NCBI GenBank assembly: GCA_017516865.1
Contig: JAFXAU010000026.1
Span: forward strand, 5,220-69,219
Length of the DNA: 64,000 nucleotides
Source of the DNA: Bacteroidales bacterium
GTDB lineage: Bacteria > Bacteroidota > Bacteroidia > Bacteroidales > UBA1715
Reading direction: 5' to 3'
Shown here: piece after piece, positions 18,442 through 26,572 of the stretch
Layout of the letters: the number at the start of each line of letters is the position of its first letter
How positions within the stretch are numbered: the first letter of the stretch is position 1
Notes under the pieces: generated by a model
The model's database searches: none
What the model saw: the letters and a program-made list of their open reading frames with translations, nothing else
What the model was told of the DNA's origin: nothing
Position numbers and translations under genes: made by a program

Positions 18442-19536
18442 TTATTTTCCTGATTTTCGTCTGTTACATTCTTTGCAGAGCATTTGGCAATTTTCGGCAA
18501 CGGTGCGTCCGCCTTCGTGCCACGGGGTAATGTGGTCGGCTTCCATTTGCGAAAGTTCAAAATGTTCGTTGCAGACGGGACAAACGCCCAACTGACGTTC
18601 GTACGCCGCCAATTTTTGTGCGTCGGAAAATGCACGGATTGACAAATATTTTTCCTTTCTCGTGAGAACATACGGATAAATGCCCGTTTTCTTCGTCACA
18701 TCATCGTCGAGAACGAGTTTGCTGACTTCTTCGTCAACTTTTTTCGTGTCTATCACCTTGTCTTTGAACTCTTTGTAAAGACTACCCCAATCCACGCCTT
18801 TCATTATCTTTTTGCGTTCTTTGGTCGGCTTAAACGATGACTCTATCCACGTAATGACAGATTGGAAAAACTGCCACAACGGCGCCGCACTCGCGTCGTG
18901 CTGATGATTTGCCATGTGAGTTTCGATGTTTCCGTCGGAAATCCACGAAATTGCTGTTTCCAAGTAATCCTGACGGATTGCCGAACCTGTCAGATAATCC
19001 GAACCGATTCTTGTGGCGGCACAGCCGGGTTTGCTGAAATATCGTTTTGCATCGCTCACCCACGAACCATGATAGACTGCGTTGCGAAGTTCTTGGTCGG
19101 TAAGTTTTTCGCCTGCTATGTTGATGGTCTTGAACCACGCAAGTTTCTCGCTGTCAGTTCCTTCGCAAATGTAGATGGATAGCTTGTAGTCAAGAATTTT
19201 ATTTTGCTCGTCGTCTTGCAGATTGACAAAATACCGCATATCGAACGAAAAATCGCCGTTTACAAACTGGCATACGCTAATGGTACGTTGCTGACCGTCA
19301 ATTACTTCGAACGTTCCATCATCGCATTTTGCCCAATACATTACGTTGAGCGGGAAACTTTTTGTGATGGTGTCGATAACCGCCTGCCGCTGCGAATCGT
19401 TATAGACAAACTCTCGCTGATACGGCGGACGAATGTTGAGTTTTCCTCCGAAGCCAACTACGCTTCCGTCTTCTGGATTGTCAATGTAGCCGTTGGTCAA
19501 ATCCCGAACGGTGATTTCGTGAAGTTCTATTTTCAT
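18442..19536 (-). CDS. DUF262 (ParB-like NTPase) - HNH endonuclease fusion
   Basis: DUF262 hallmark FEVIDGQQRT. C-terminal zinc-HNH CPVCNEHF..EADHITPWHEGGRTVAENCQMLCKECNRRK. Confidence 0.8.
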   Translation of the reverse strand: MKIELHEITVRDLTNGYIDNPEDGSVVGFGGKLNIRPPYQREFVYNDSQRQAVIDTITKSFPLNVMYWAKCDDGTFEVIDGQQRTISVCQFVNGDFSFDMRYFVNLQDDEQNKILDYKLSIYICEGTDSEKLAWFKTINIAGEKLTDQELRNAVYHGSWVSDAKRYFSKPGCAATRIGSDYLTGSAIRQDYLETAISWISDGNIETHMANHQHDASAAPLWQFFQSVITWIESSFKPTKERKKIMKGVDWGSLYKEFKDKVIDTKKVDEEVSKLVLDDDVTKKTGIYPYVLTRKEKYLSIRAFSDAQKLAAYERQLGVCPVCNEHFELSQMEADHITPWHEGGRTVAENCQMLCKECNRRKSGK

Positions 19537-19548
19537 AATTTAATGTTT

Positions 19549-20634
19549 TTAGTTTTTACCATATTCCGCTTTTGGCTCTGCTGCAACAGATGATTTCGTT
19601 TCGGGAAATTCATATTCTTTATTTTTTTGACGACGACGGATGAGAATGCGACTATATGGACATTTGTTTACTCCATTAATACATAGGGCTATATCGGTTC
19701 TTCCACGATAGTTTTTCTTAACACCAATTTTCTTTGCCAAATCACCACTTCCAACTCCAATAAGTTCAAATTGTTCGGGATTGTAAACATCCACAAAAGT
19801 GTCAGGAACACCCATTATTCCATCATAGTCTATAGGAATATCTTGTACGGAATTAACATTTATTGCATCAAAATTCTGATATTTGGGATAATCGGTATCA
19901 GAATATAATTTGTACAATATTATTTCTTCGTGACGTTTTGCTATATCTAAATTTGTAAACCAAGTTATACCCGGAACTTTCCCAACCTTCTTCGTTTCTA
20001 GTCTATCCCCTTGTCTAATCTCTTTTGATTCACCTTCATAATTATCAGGCATAGCAAATAACATAGTTTGATTTGTATTATATCCTAACCAAATTTTATC
20101 AGTTTTTATATAAGGGAATATTTCAGAATAATGAATTGCATTATGACTTCCAATTATCACAAATTTCTTCTCATATTTCATCAATTGTGCAACATATTCG
20201 CGAAACAACGAAAACGGAGGATTGGTAACAACAATATCGGCTTGTTTGAGTAGATCAATACATTCATCGGAACGGAAATCGCCGTCGCCCTTAAAATAGT
20301 GAATGCCAATTTCGTCGGGGTCGGGAACACGGTTGTTGTTTTTGTCTCCATAGTATTCAAGCCAAATGGCACGTTCGGAATTGTTTTGGCTGAACAAATC
20401 ACGTTCTTGGTTTTTGTAGCACGTGGTTATGAGTTTTTTCAAGCCCAACTGCTCAAAATTGTAACTAAAATAGTGGAAGAAATTTGAAACACGTGGGTCG
20501 TCGCAGTTGCACAGTACGGTTTTCCCTTTGAAATGTTCTTTGTAATGCCGTAGTTCGTTTTCAATATCAGCGAGTTGCGTGTAGAACTCGTCTTTCTTGG
20601 CACTCTTTGCTTGGTTTAGATTTTTGTTTGCCAT
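19549..20634 (-). CDS. amino (N6-adenine-type) DNA methyltransferase, EcoRI-methylase-like family
   Basis: N-terminal KKDEFYTQ motif and catalytic IVVTNPPFSLFREY (NPPF). Its stop is 12 nt upstream of the nuclease gene. Confidence 0.8.
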   Translation of the reverse strand: MANKNLNQAKSAKKDEFYTQLADIENELRHYKEHFKGKTVLCNCDDPRVSNFFHYFSYNFEQLGLKKLITTCYKNQERDLFSQNNSERAIWLEYYGDKNNNRVPDPDEIGIHYFKGDGDFRSDECIDLLKQADIVVTNPPFSLFREYVAQLMKYEKKFVIIGSHNAIHYSEIFPYIKTDKIWLGYNTNQTMLFAMPDNYEGESKEIRQGDRLETKKVGKVPGITWFTNLDIAKRHEEIILYKLYSDTDYPKYQNFDAINVNSVQDIPIDYDGIMGVPDTFVDVYNPEQFELIGVGSGDLAKKIGVKKNYRGRTDIALCINGVNKCPYSRILIRRRQKNKEYEFPETKSSVAAEPKAEYGKN

Positions 20635-20637
20635 CGT

Positions 20638-20667
20638 GATTGATAGTTAGTGCATTCACTATCAATC
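20638..20667 (-). promoter_or_regulatory. perfect 10-bp inverted repeat abutting the MTase start codon
   Basis: GATTGATAGT-N10-ACTATCAATC, starting 3 nt from the ATG (20632-20634). Could be an operator or a 5'-UTR hairpin. Confidence 0.4.
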
Positions 20668-20989
20668 TTTATCGGCAACAAGAAAGGTGCGAGCCTTTCC
20701 ATCATATTCACGAGGAGCGTCGCTTGAACCCCGCTGCACTGTTAGAATAGCCCACACCTTATCAGCGTGAGCATTAACTCAAAATACAGTGCAACGGAAT
20801 AAACGCTTCCGTAAATGATATTATCCGATAATTCTAATCTTCAGTTTGCGACGCTTTTGATTCGAATATGAATAATAGCTAATGCTGTATGTTAAACTTT
20901 ATATTTTTTTCTAATTCATACTTTTTGTTTTGTATTATTTGGTTTCAAAAGTATTAAAAAAGTTTGGGAATGACAAAAAGAATCAGAAA

Positions 20990-21109
20990 ATGTCGTTGAG
21001 GAATTACAAATACGTGGCAGGGCAAAAGGTACAAAATAAGGCATCCTTGCCAACTGGTACGTATTTCGTGCATTATGGAACGCAAGTGAAAAAGGTTGTG
21101 GTGCGGTAA
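20990..21109 (+). pseudogene. stump of a T9SS cargo gene (C-terminal sorting domain only)
   Basis: 39 codons ..NYKYVAGQKVQNKASLPTGTYFVHYGTQVKKVVVR-stop, which match Por-secretion-tail endings. No upstream coding body. Confidence 0.6.
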
Positions 21110-21198
21110 TGCAGGTTGTATATGTTGTTTATGCTAAAAAAATGATATTACGCACAAAAACGTATTCCCATTAGTTCAAAATCGTAATTTTTGAAAAT

Positions 21199-21219
21199 AA
21201 CCTATCTGATTGGTAGGTT
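21199..21219 (+). promoter_or_regulatory. 21-nt palindromic site AACCTA-N9-TAGGTT upstream of the porin-pstS promoter
   Basis: aacctatctgattggtaggtt. It ends 16 nt upstream of the TAtgTTTG -7 box at 21236-21243. Confidence 0.5.
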
Positions 21220-21252
21220 ATGTTAAAATTTCCTGTATGTTTGTACTCGAAT

Positions 21253-21273
21253 AACCTATCAAAATGGTAGGTT
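21253..21273 (+). promoter_or_regulatory. second AACCTA-N9-TAGGTT site between the -7 box and the porin ATG
   Basis: aacctatcaaaatggtaggtt. Same two-site layout as the pstC promoter. Confidence 0.5.
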
Positions 21274-21293
21274 AATAACTAAAACAAATAAAT

Positions 21294-22364
21294 ATGAAAA
21301 GAACAAAACTAATTATTTCAGCATTGTTGCTTGCAGGAGTAGGGGCTTTTGCCCAGCAAGCGGAACAACCAGCAGCCGACAAACCGGCTGTTGAACAAGA
21401 AAAGAAGTTGGTGACACCTTCGGGATTTTTGCAGGCGGGCTACACGTACACCGATGCAAATACATCGACGTTTTTGCTTCGTCGTGCGAGAATTGTGTTG
21501 CAAGGCGACCTTTACAAAGGCAAAGCAGGCAAGTTTGACTACAAGTTGCAGCTTGAAGTTACGGGTACTCCGAAAATTCTTGACTTGCAATTGCGTTATC
21601 GTCCAATCGACGAGTTTGGCATCAAGTTGGGACAATATAAGTCACCGCTTTCAATTGAAAACTCGGAATACAATCCCGCAAGATTGGAATTTATCAACTA
21701 CTCGCTTGTAGTTCAGCGACTTGCACGTATGAGTAAGAGCGATTTGTCTGGCTACAACGAAAATGGTCGTGACATCGGTTTGGATTTTGTCGGAAGTGCG
21801 TTCAAACAAGACGGATATTCGTTGTTGAACTACGAACTTGCCATTTTCAATGGCTACAAACTGAATACGAACGACGACAACCAGTCAAAAGACATTGTAG
21901 GCCGTTTGATAGTGAATGCAACCAAGGAATTGTCATTTGCTGGTTACTACCAGTGGGGCGAAGGAAATTTGCCTGAATATGTTGACTCACTTCACAAATA
22001 TGTGGCTCAAACAACCGATTTCTACGTGCCTTTGCAACGCTACGGCGGCGGAGTTGCCTATAAGGCCGACAAGGCATTCGCACGTGCTGAATATATTGCA
22101 GGAAAAACGGGCGACATAAATGCAGGCGGTTTCTACGTTGCCGGCGGCTACGAATTTGTGAAACATTTTATGTTGACTGCCCGCTACGACTACTTCAGCG
22201 ACAATACCGACGACAAAGACTACAATGTTGAACAAGATTATACCGTTGGTTTGAACTACACCCCGCTAAAGTCGCTTAACTTCAAACTGAACTATACGCA
22301 TCATAATTACAATAGTAAGACTGATTTGAATGGTTTGTATTTGATGGCAACTGTAAAATATTAA
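21294..22364 (+). CDS. phosphate-selective porin O/P family outer-membrane protein
   Basis: Signal peptide and a beta-strand-rich sequence (LRRARIVLQGDL, GIKLGQYKSPLSIEN). Immediately upstream of pstS. Confidence 0.75.
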   Translation: MKRTKLIISALLLAGVGAFAQQAEQPAADKPAVEQEKKLVTPSGFLQAGYTYTDANTSTFLLRRARIVLQGDLYKGKAGKFDYKLQLEVTGTPKILDLQLRYRPIDEFGIKLGQYKSPLSIENSEYNPARLEFINYSLVVQRLARMSKSDLSGYNENGRDIGLDFVGSAFKQDGYSLLNYELAIFNGYKLNTNDDNQSKDIVGRLIVNATKELSFAGYYQWGEGNLPEYVDSLHKYVAQTTDFYVPLQRYGGGVAYKADKAFARAEYIAGKTGDINAGGFYVAGGYEFVKHFMLTARYDYFSDNTDDKDYNVEQDYTVGLNYTPLKSLNFKLNYTHHNYNSKTDLNGLYLMATVKY

Positions 22365-22371
22365 AATAAAC

Positions 22372-22399
22372 GTAGAGACGCGATTAATCGCGTCTCTAC
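22372..22399. repeat. 28-nt perfect palindrome (copy 3)
   Basis: Identical sequence in the porin-pstS spacer. Confidence 0.9.
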
Positions 22400-22422
22400 C
22401 AAACAATTAAATTTATATAACA

Positions 22423-23400
22423 ATGAAAAAATTAGTAAACATTATTTTACCATTTGTTGTAGCAGCTGCAACATTGGTTTCGTGCGGCGGAAGTTCGTCG
22501 AACAACAAAGTTGAGAATGACGGAAAGTTGAAAGGCGAATTGTCGCTTTCGGGTGCGTTCGCGCTCTATCCGTTGGCAGTGGTTTGGGCTGAAGAGTTCC
22601 AAAAATTGAACCCCGATGTGAAAGTCGATGTGTCGGCTGGTGGTGCGGGAAAAGGTATGACCGACGTGCTTGCCGGCGTAGTTGATTTCGGTATGGTTTC
22701 GCGCGAGGTGTATCCACAGGAACAAGAAAAAGGTGCGGTAGGATTTCCGTCTGCCAAAGATGCCGTTGTGCCTACAATCAACGCGAATAACCCTGCTCTT
22801 GACAAAATTCTTGCTCACGGAATCACAAAAGAGATTGCGCACAAAATTTGGATTGACGGAAATGTGAAAACGTGGGGCGACGTGCTTGGCACCGACGACC
22901 AAACGCCAATTCACGTCTATACTCGTAGCGATGCTTGTGGCGCTGCCGAAACATTTGCAAACTGGTTCGGCGCAAAACAAGAAGATTTGGGCGGCACAGC
23001 TGTGTTTGGCGATCCGGGACTTGCCGCTGCAATTCAGAAGGATATTTACGGAATCGGTTTCAACAACATTGGCTACGCTTATGACAACGATAGCCATAAA
23101 TTGAACGCCGATTTGCAGATTTTCCCTGTCGATGTTGACGGAAACGGTTCAATTTCTGACGATGAACAATTCTACGATTTGAAGGACAATGTGACGAAAG
23201 CTATCGCCGAAGGCAAATATCCTTCGCCACCAGCACGCGACTTGTATCTTGTAACCAAAGGCGTTCCAACCGACCCTGTTGTGATTGCGTTCTTGAAATA
23301 CGTTTTGACCGACGGTCAGAAAAAGAACGAACCAGTTGGCTACATAGAAATCACACAGGATAAGATAGACAAAGCATTAAATCTGTTGGAAAACAAATAA
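22423..23400 (+). CDS. pstS: phosphate ABC transporter substrate-binding lipoprotein PstS
   Basis: Lipobox LVSCGG and PBP-type motifs SAGGAGKGMTDV and YTRSDACGAAETF. Confidence 0.85.
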   Translation: MKKLVNIILPFVVAAATLVSCGGSSSNNKVENDGKLKGELSLSGAFALYPLAVVWAEEFQKLNPDVKVDVSAGGAGKGMTDVLAGVVDFGMVSREVYPQEQEKGAVGFPSAKDAVVPTINANNPALDKILAHGITKEIAHKIWIDGNVKTWGDVLGTDDQTPIHVYTRSDACGAAETFANWFGAKQEDLGGTAVFGDPGLAAAIQKDIYGIGFNNIGYAYDNDSHKLNADLQIFPVDVDGNGSISDDEQFYDLKDNVTKAIAEGKYPSPPARDLYLVTKGVPTDPVVIAFLKYVLTDGQKKNEPVGYIEITQDKIDKALNLLENK

Positions 23401-23418
23401 TAAAACTTTTTTCAGAAG

Positions 23419-23455
23419 AACCGCCGTATGGGAATGCCTGTACGGCGGTTTTTTT
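23419..23455 (+). terminator. rho-independent terminator after pstS
   Basis: AACCGCCGTA..TACGGCGGTT stem followed by TTTTT. Confidence 0.75.
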
Positions 23456-23536
23456 GAAAATAATTCGTCTATATTTTCTATAAAAATTACCGACGATTTA
23501 TGAAAATCAATATTTTCGCACAAAAAATAATAAAAA

Positions 23537-24283
23537 ATGAACGAATTCGGAATCTTCAAAAAAATTGATGCTCACACGCATATCGGGGCATTCGGTAGCC
23601 CGTTCAACATTGATTTCAACGTTGAACGTCTGCTTGAGCAAATGAAGGAATACAACATTGAAAAAACGGTGCTTTGTGCGGCAAGTGCCTACTCGAACGA
23701 CGATACGCTTGCGGCGTTCAAGGCGCACCCCGACAAGATTGTACCGCTTATGTGGGTGAATTGCGCGCAAGGTCAGCCAGCCTACGATTTGTTGGAACAT
23801 TACATTCGCGATGAACATTTTGCCGGAGCAAAACTGCAATCGTTGTTCGACGGCTACACCGCCGATGCTCCCTGCGTTGACCCCGTTGCCGAAATCTGCG
23901 AGAAATATGGCAAGCCGTTGTTTGTACATTCGGGACATCCGCCATTTTCACTCCCATGGCAAATTGGACTTTTGGCAGAACGTCATCCGCATTTGCCAAT
24001 CGTGATGATTCACATGGGACACGCCCACGGGGTGTATGTGGATGCGGCAATCACTATGGCAAAACGCTACGACAACATTTGGCTCGAAACGTCGGGGACG
24101 TCAATGAGTTGCCAAATTAAAAATGCTTACGAAACCGTCGGTCACGACCGTGTGATGTTCGGCATTGACTCGCCGTTCCATCATCCAACCGTTGAAATTC
24201 AGAAAGTTCAAGCCTGTGGTGTTGATGACAAAGGTCTTGAAAATATTTTTTACAACAATGCGGCAAAATTCTTGGGAATTTAG
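23537..24283 (+). CDS. amidohydrolase-family metal-dependent hydrolase
   Basis: HxH motif IDAHTHIG, with later ligand-like VHSGH, MIHMGH and GIDSPF. Confidence 0.7.
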   Translation: MNEFGIFKKIDAHTHIGAFGSPFNIDFNVERLLEQMKEYNIEKTVLCAASAYSNDDTLAAFKAHPDKIVPLMWVNCAQGQPAYDLLEHYIRDEHFAGAKLQSLFDGYTADAPCVDPVAEICEKYGKPLFVHSGHPPFSLPWQIGLLAERHPHLPIVMIHMGHAHGVYVDAAITMAKRYDNIWLETSGTSMSCQIKNAYETVGHDRVMFGIDSPFHHPTVEIQKVQACGVDDKGLENIFYNNAAKFLGI

Positions 24284-24389
24284 AATGAGGGATAAAAATA
24301 AGGACAGATTTCTCTTATCTGTTTTTTGAAGTCTGCATTATTTTTTTATTTTTGTCACGAAATTCAGTTATCAATAAAAAAAACGAAAA

Positions 24390-24953
24390 ATGATTAATTC
24401 ACAGGACATTAAGAAAGGTGTTGCTATCCGTATGGATGGTAAAATATACGTGTGTATCGACTTCTTGCACGTAAAACCAGGTAAAGGAAATACAATTATG
24501 AGAACTACGTTGAAAGACGTGGTAAACGGTCGCGTGTTGGAACGCCGATTCAACATTGGTGAAAAATTGGAAGACGTTCGCGTTGAGCACCGTCCGTATC
24601 AATATTTGTATCAAGAAGGTACAGAATATGTGTTCATGAATCAAGAAACGTTCGAGCAAATCAACGTTATTCACGATTTGATTACAGGTGTTGATTTCAT
24701 GAAGGAAGGCGACGTTGTTGACGCTGTTTTCGATGCTTCAACGGAAACATTGTTGTTCGCCGAAATGCCACAGTCTGTAGTTTTGGAAATTACATACACA
24801 GAACCTGGCGTTAAAGGTGATACTGCAACAAATGCAATGAAACCAGCAACGGTTGAAACTGGTGCCGAAATTCGTGTTCCGTTGTTCATCAACACAGGCG
24901 ACAAAGTAAAAATCGACACAACAGACGGTTCTTACAAAGAACGTGTAAAATAA
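24390..24953 (+). CDS. efp: translation elongation factor P
   Basis: 187 aa with the loop HVKPGKGNTIMRT. Confidence 0.92.
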   Translation: MINSQDIKKGVAIRMDGKIYVCIDFLHVKPGKGNTIMRTTLKDVVNGRVLERRFNIGEKLEDVRVEHRPYQYLYQEGTEYVFMNQETFEQINVIHDLITGVDFMKEGDVVDAVFDASTETLLFAEMPQSVVLEITYTEPGVKGDTATNAMKPATVETGAEIRVPLFINTGDKVKIDTTDGSYKERVK

Positions 24954-24961
24954 GACACGCC

Positions 24962-26203
24962 GTGCCGACAAACGAGGAGCTGCAGCAACAGTTGAAACTT
25001 GCTCAATACAAGTTGAAGGCATTGCTGGGGATTACCTTGGCAATCAACAAAAATATGCCGGCACACGATTTATTGGAGAAATACCGCGATATTCTTTGCG
25101 AGGGTCTGAATGTAGGAACTTTGGTAGTTTTCACCATTCAGGATAATTTATGGAACAAAGTCTTGTCGTATGGTGTTTCGGAAGAATTTGGCAACAATGC
25201 TGATGAGGTCTCGTCGGCATTGTTGTCTTTTGTTACCATCACCCAAGTAACCGACCGAACCGATTCATTTTTTGCCGATTTCGACATAATTATTCCCGTG
25301 TATCACAAGAGCAGGCCATTGGCGTATGTACTATTAGGGAAAGTCAAGGGCAACGAAGAATTATTCGGAAAATCTTCGGTGTTCAATCATCTAAATACGA
25401 TTCGAGCATTGTCGAATATTGTTGTTTCTGCATTGGAAAACAAGCGGCTTTACAAAAAGTCGTTGGAGCAGGAAATTCTCAAGAAAGAACTTGAAGTTGC
25501 TTCAAGAATGCAGGCGATGTTGATTCCGTCGGTCGACGCTTTGCCCAACAATGATTTTTTGCGGGTGAATGTGTTTTACAAACCGCACCAGATGGTGGGA
25601 GGCGATTATTATGATTTTCTGAAATTGAACGACTACGAATACGGCTTCTGTATTGCCGACGTGTCGGGAAAAGGAATTCCTGCTGCCATACTGATGGCAA
25701 ATTTTCAGGCAAATATTAGAATCTTGTTTAAACGGAGTGTTTCACTGAAACATCTTGTCAATGAACTGAATGAGAATGTAAATGAAAACGTTAGAGGCGA
25801 TAGCTTTGTCACCTTTTTCATTGCAAAATATAATGCACAAAATAAAATTCTCCACTATGTAAATGCCGGACATAATCCGCCTCTGTTGTATGACAGCCCT
25901 ACAAAAACTGTTTCGGAACTGACGCTCGGTTGCGTTGGATTGGGAATGTTGGACGATATTCCTCAAATTACAATGGGGACGGTAGAAATTTCTTCGGGCG
26001 ACAAGTTGATTTGTTTTACCGACGGGCTTGTGGAAGGTATGAACGAACAGGGTGTGCAATTTGGCACGGAACCAATAGTGACGGCGCTCAAAGAAAACGA
26101 AAGCGCTTCGTCGGCGGTGGACTGTTTGAGCAAGACGCTACATGATTACACAAATGGAAAATTCTCCGACGACGTGTCGATTTTTGGGATAGATTTTCTA
26201 TAA
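24962..26203 (+). CDS. SpoIIE/PP2C-family serine phosphatase with N-terminal GAF-like sensor
   Basis: GGDYYDF, CIADVSGKGIPAAILMA and CFTDGLVE motifs. GTG start. Confidence 0.8.
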   Translation: MPTNEELQQQLKLAQYKLKALLGITLAINKNMPAHDLLEKYRDILCEGLNVGTLVVFTIQDNLWNKVLSYGVSEEFGNNADEVSSALLSFVTITQVTDRTDSFFADFDIIIPVYHKSRPLAYVLLGKVKGNEELFGKSSVFNHLNTIRALSNIVVSALENKRLYKKSLEQEILKKELEVASRMQAMLIPSVDALPNNDFLRVNVFYKPHQMVGGDYYDFLKLNDYEYGFCIADVSGKGIPAAILMANFQANIRILFKRSVSLKHLVNELNENVNENVRGDSFVTFFIAKYNAQNKILHYVNAGHNPPLLYDSPTKTVSELTLGCVGLGMLDDIPQITMGTVEISSGDKLICFTDGLVEGMNEQGVQFGTEPIVTALKENESASSAVDCLSKTLHDYTNGKFSDDVSIFGIDFL

Positions 26204-26230
26204 ATTCCCTCTACTATACATGCTATGTTT

Positions 26231-26494
26231 TTACGATCCTGCTTTCTTGGCCAAAACTTTCTTCAGTGCAACTGCAAGTTGGTCAGGGCATGATGTGGAT
26301 TTCATTCCGCAAGGGATTCCCTCAAGTCTTTTGATAACTTCTTGAGCAGGAAGTCCCTCGACTAATTTTCCTATACCTTTTAGATTGCCATTGCAACCGC
26401 CGTAGAACTGGACATTCGAAAGAATGTTGTTGTCGTCCAATTCAAAGTCAATTTGCTGGCTACAGGTGCCAACTGTTTTATACCGATACTTCAT
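26231..26494 (-). CDS. TSCPD-domain protein (TIGR03905-like)
   Basis: GTCS, YGGCNGN and STSCPDQ motifs. MKYRYKT at 26494 is preferred over the ORF start at 26542. Confidence 0.7.
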   Translation of the reverse strand: MKYRYKTVGTCSQQIDFELDDNNILSNVQFYGGCNGNLKGIGKLVEGLPAQEVIKRLEGIPCGMKSTSCPDQLAVALKKVLAKKAGS

Positions 26495-26572
26495 AGTCAG
26501 AAATTTATTCAAATATACAGAATTATTTTTTCGTTGTGGCAAGTGTCGAAAAATTATATCTTTGTGCTGAAT

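Noticed and set aside
20668-20989. Gene-less stretch upstream of the MTase, examined for tRNA/tmRNA/RNase P/riboswitch/retron-like features
   Set aside because: I could not recognise any known RNA signature or convincing extended secondary structure by eye. A covariance-model scan (Rfam/Infernal) would be needed to exclude an ncRNA.
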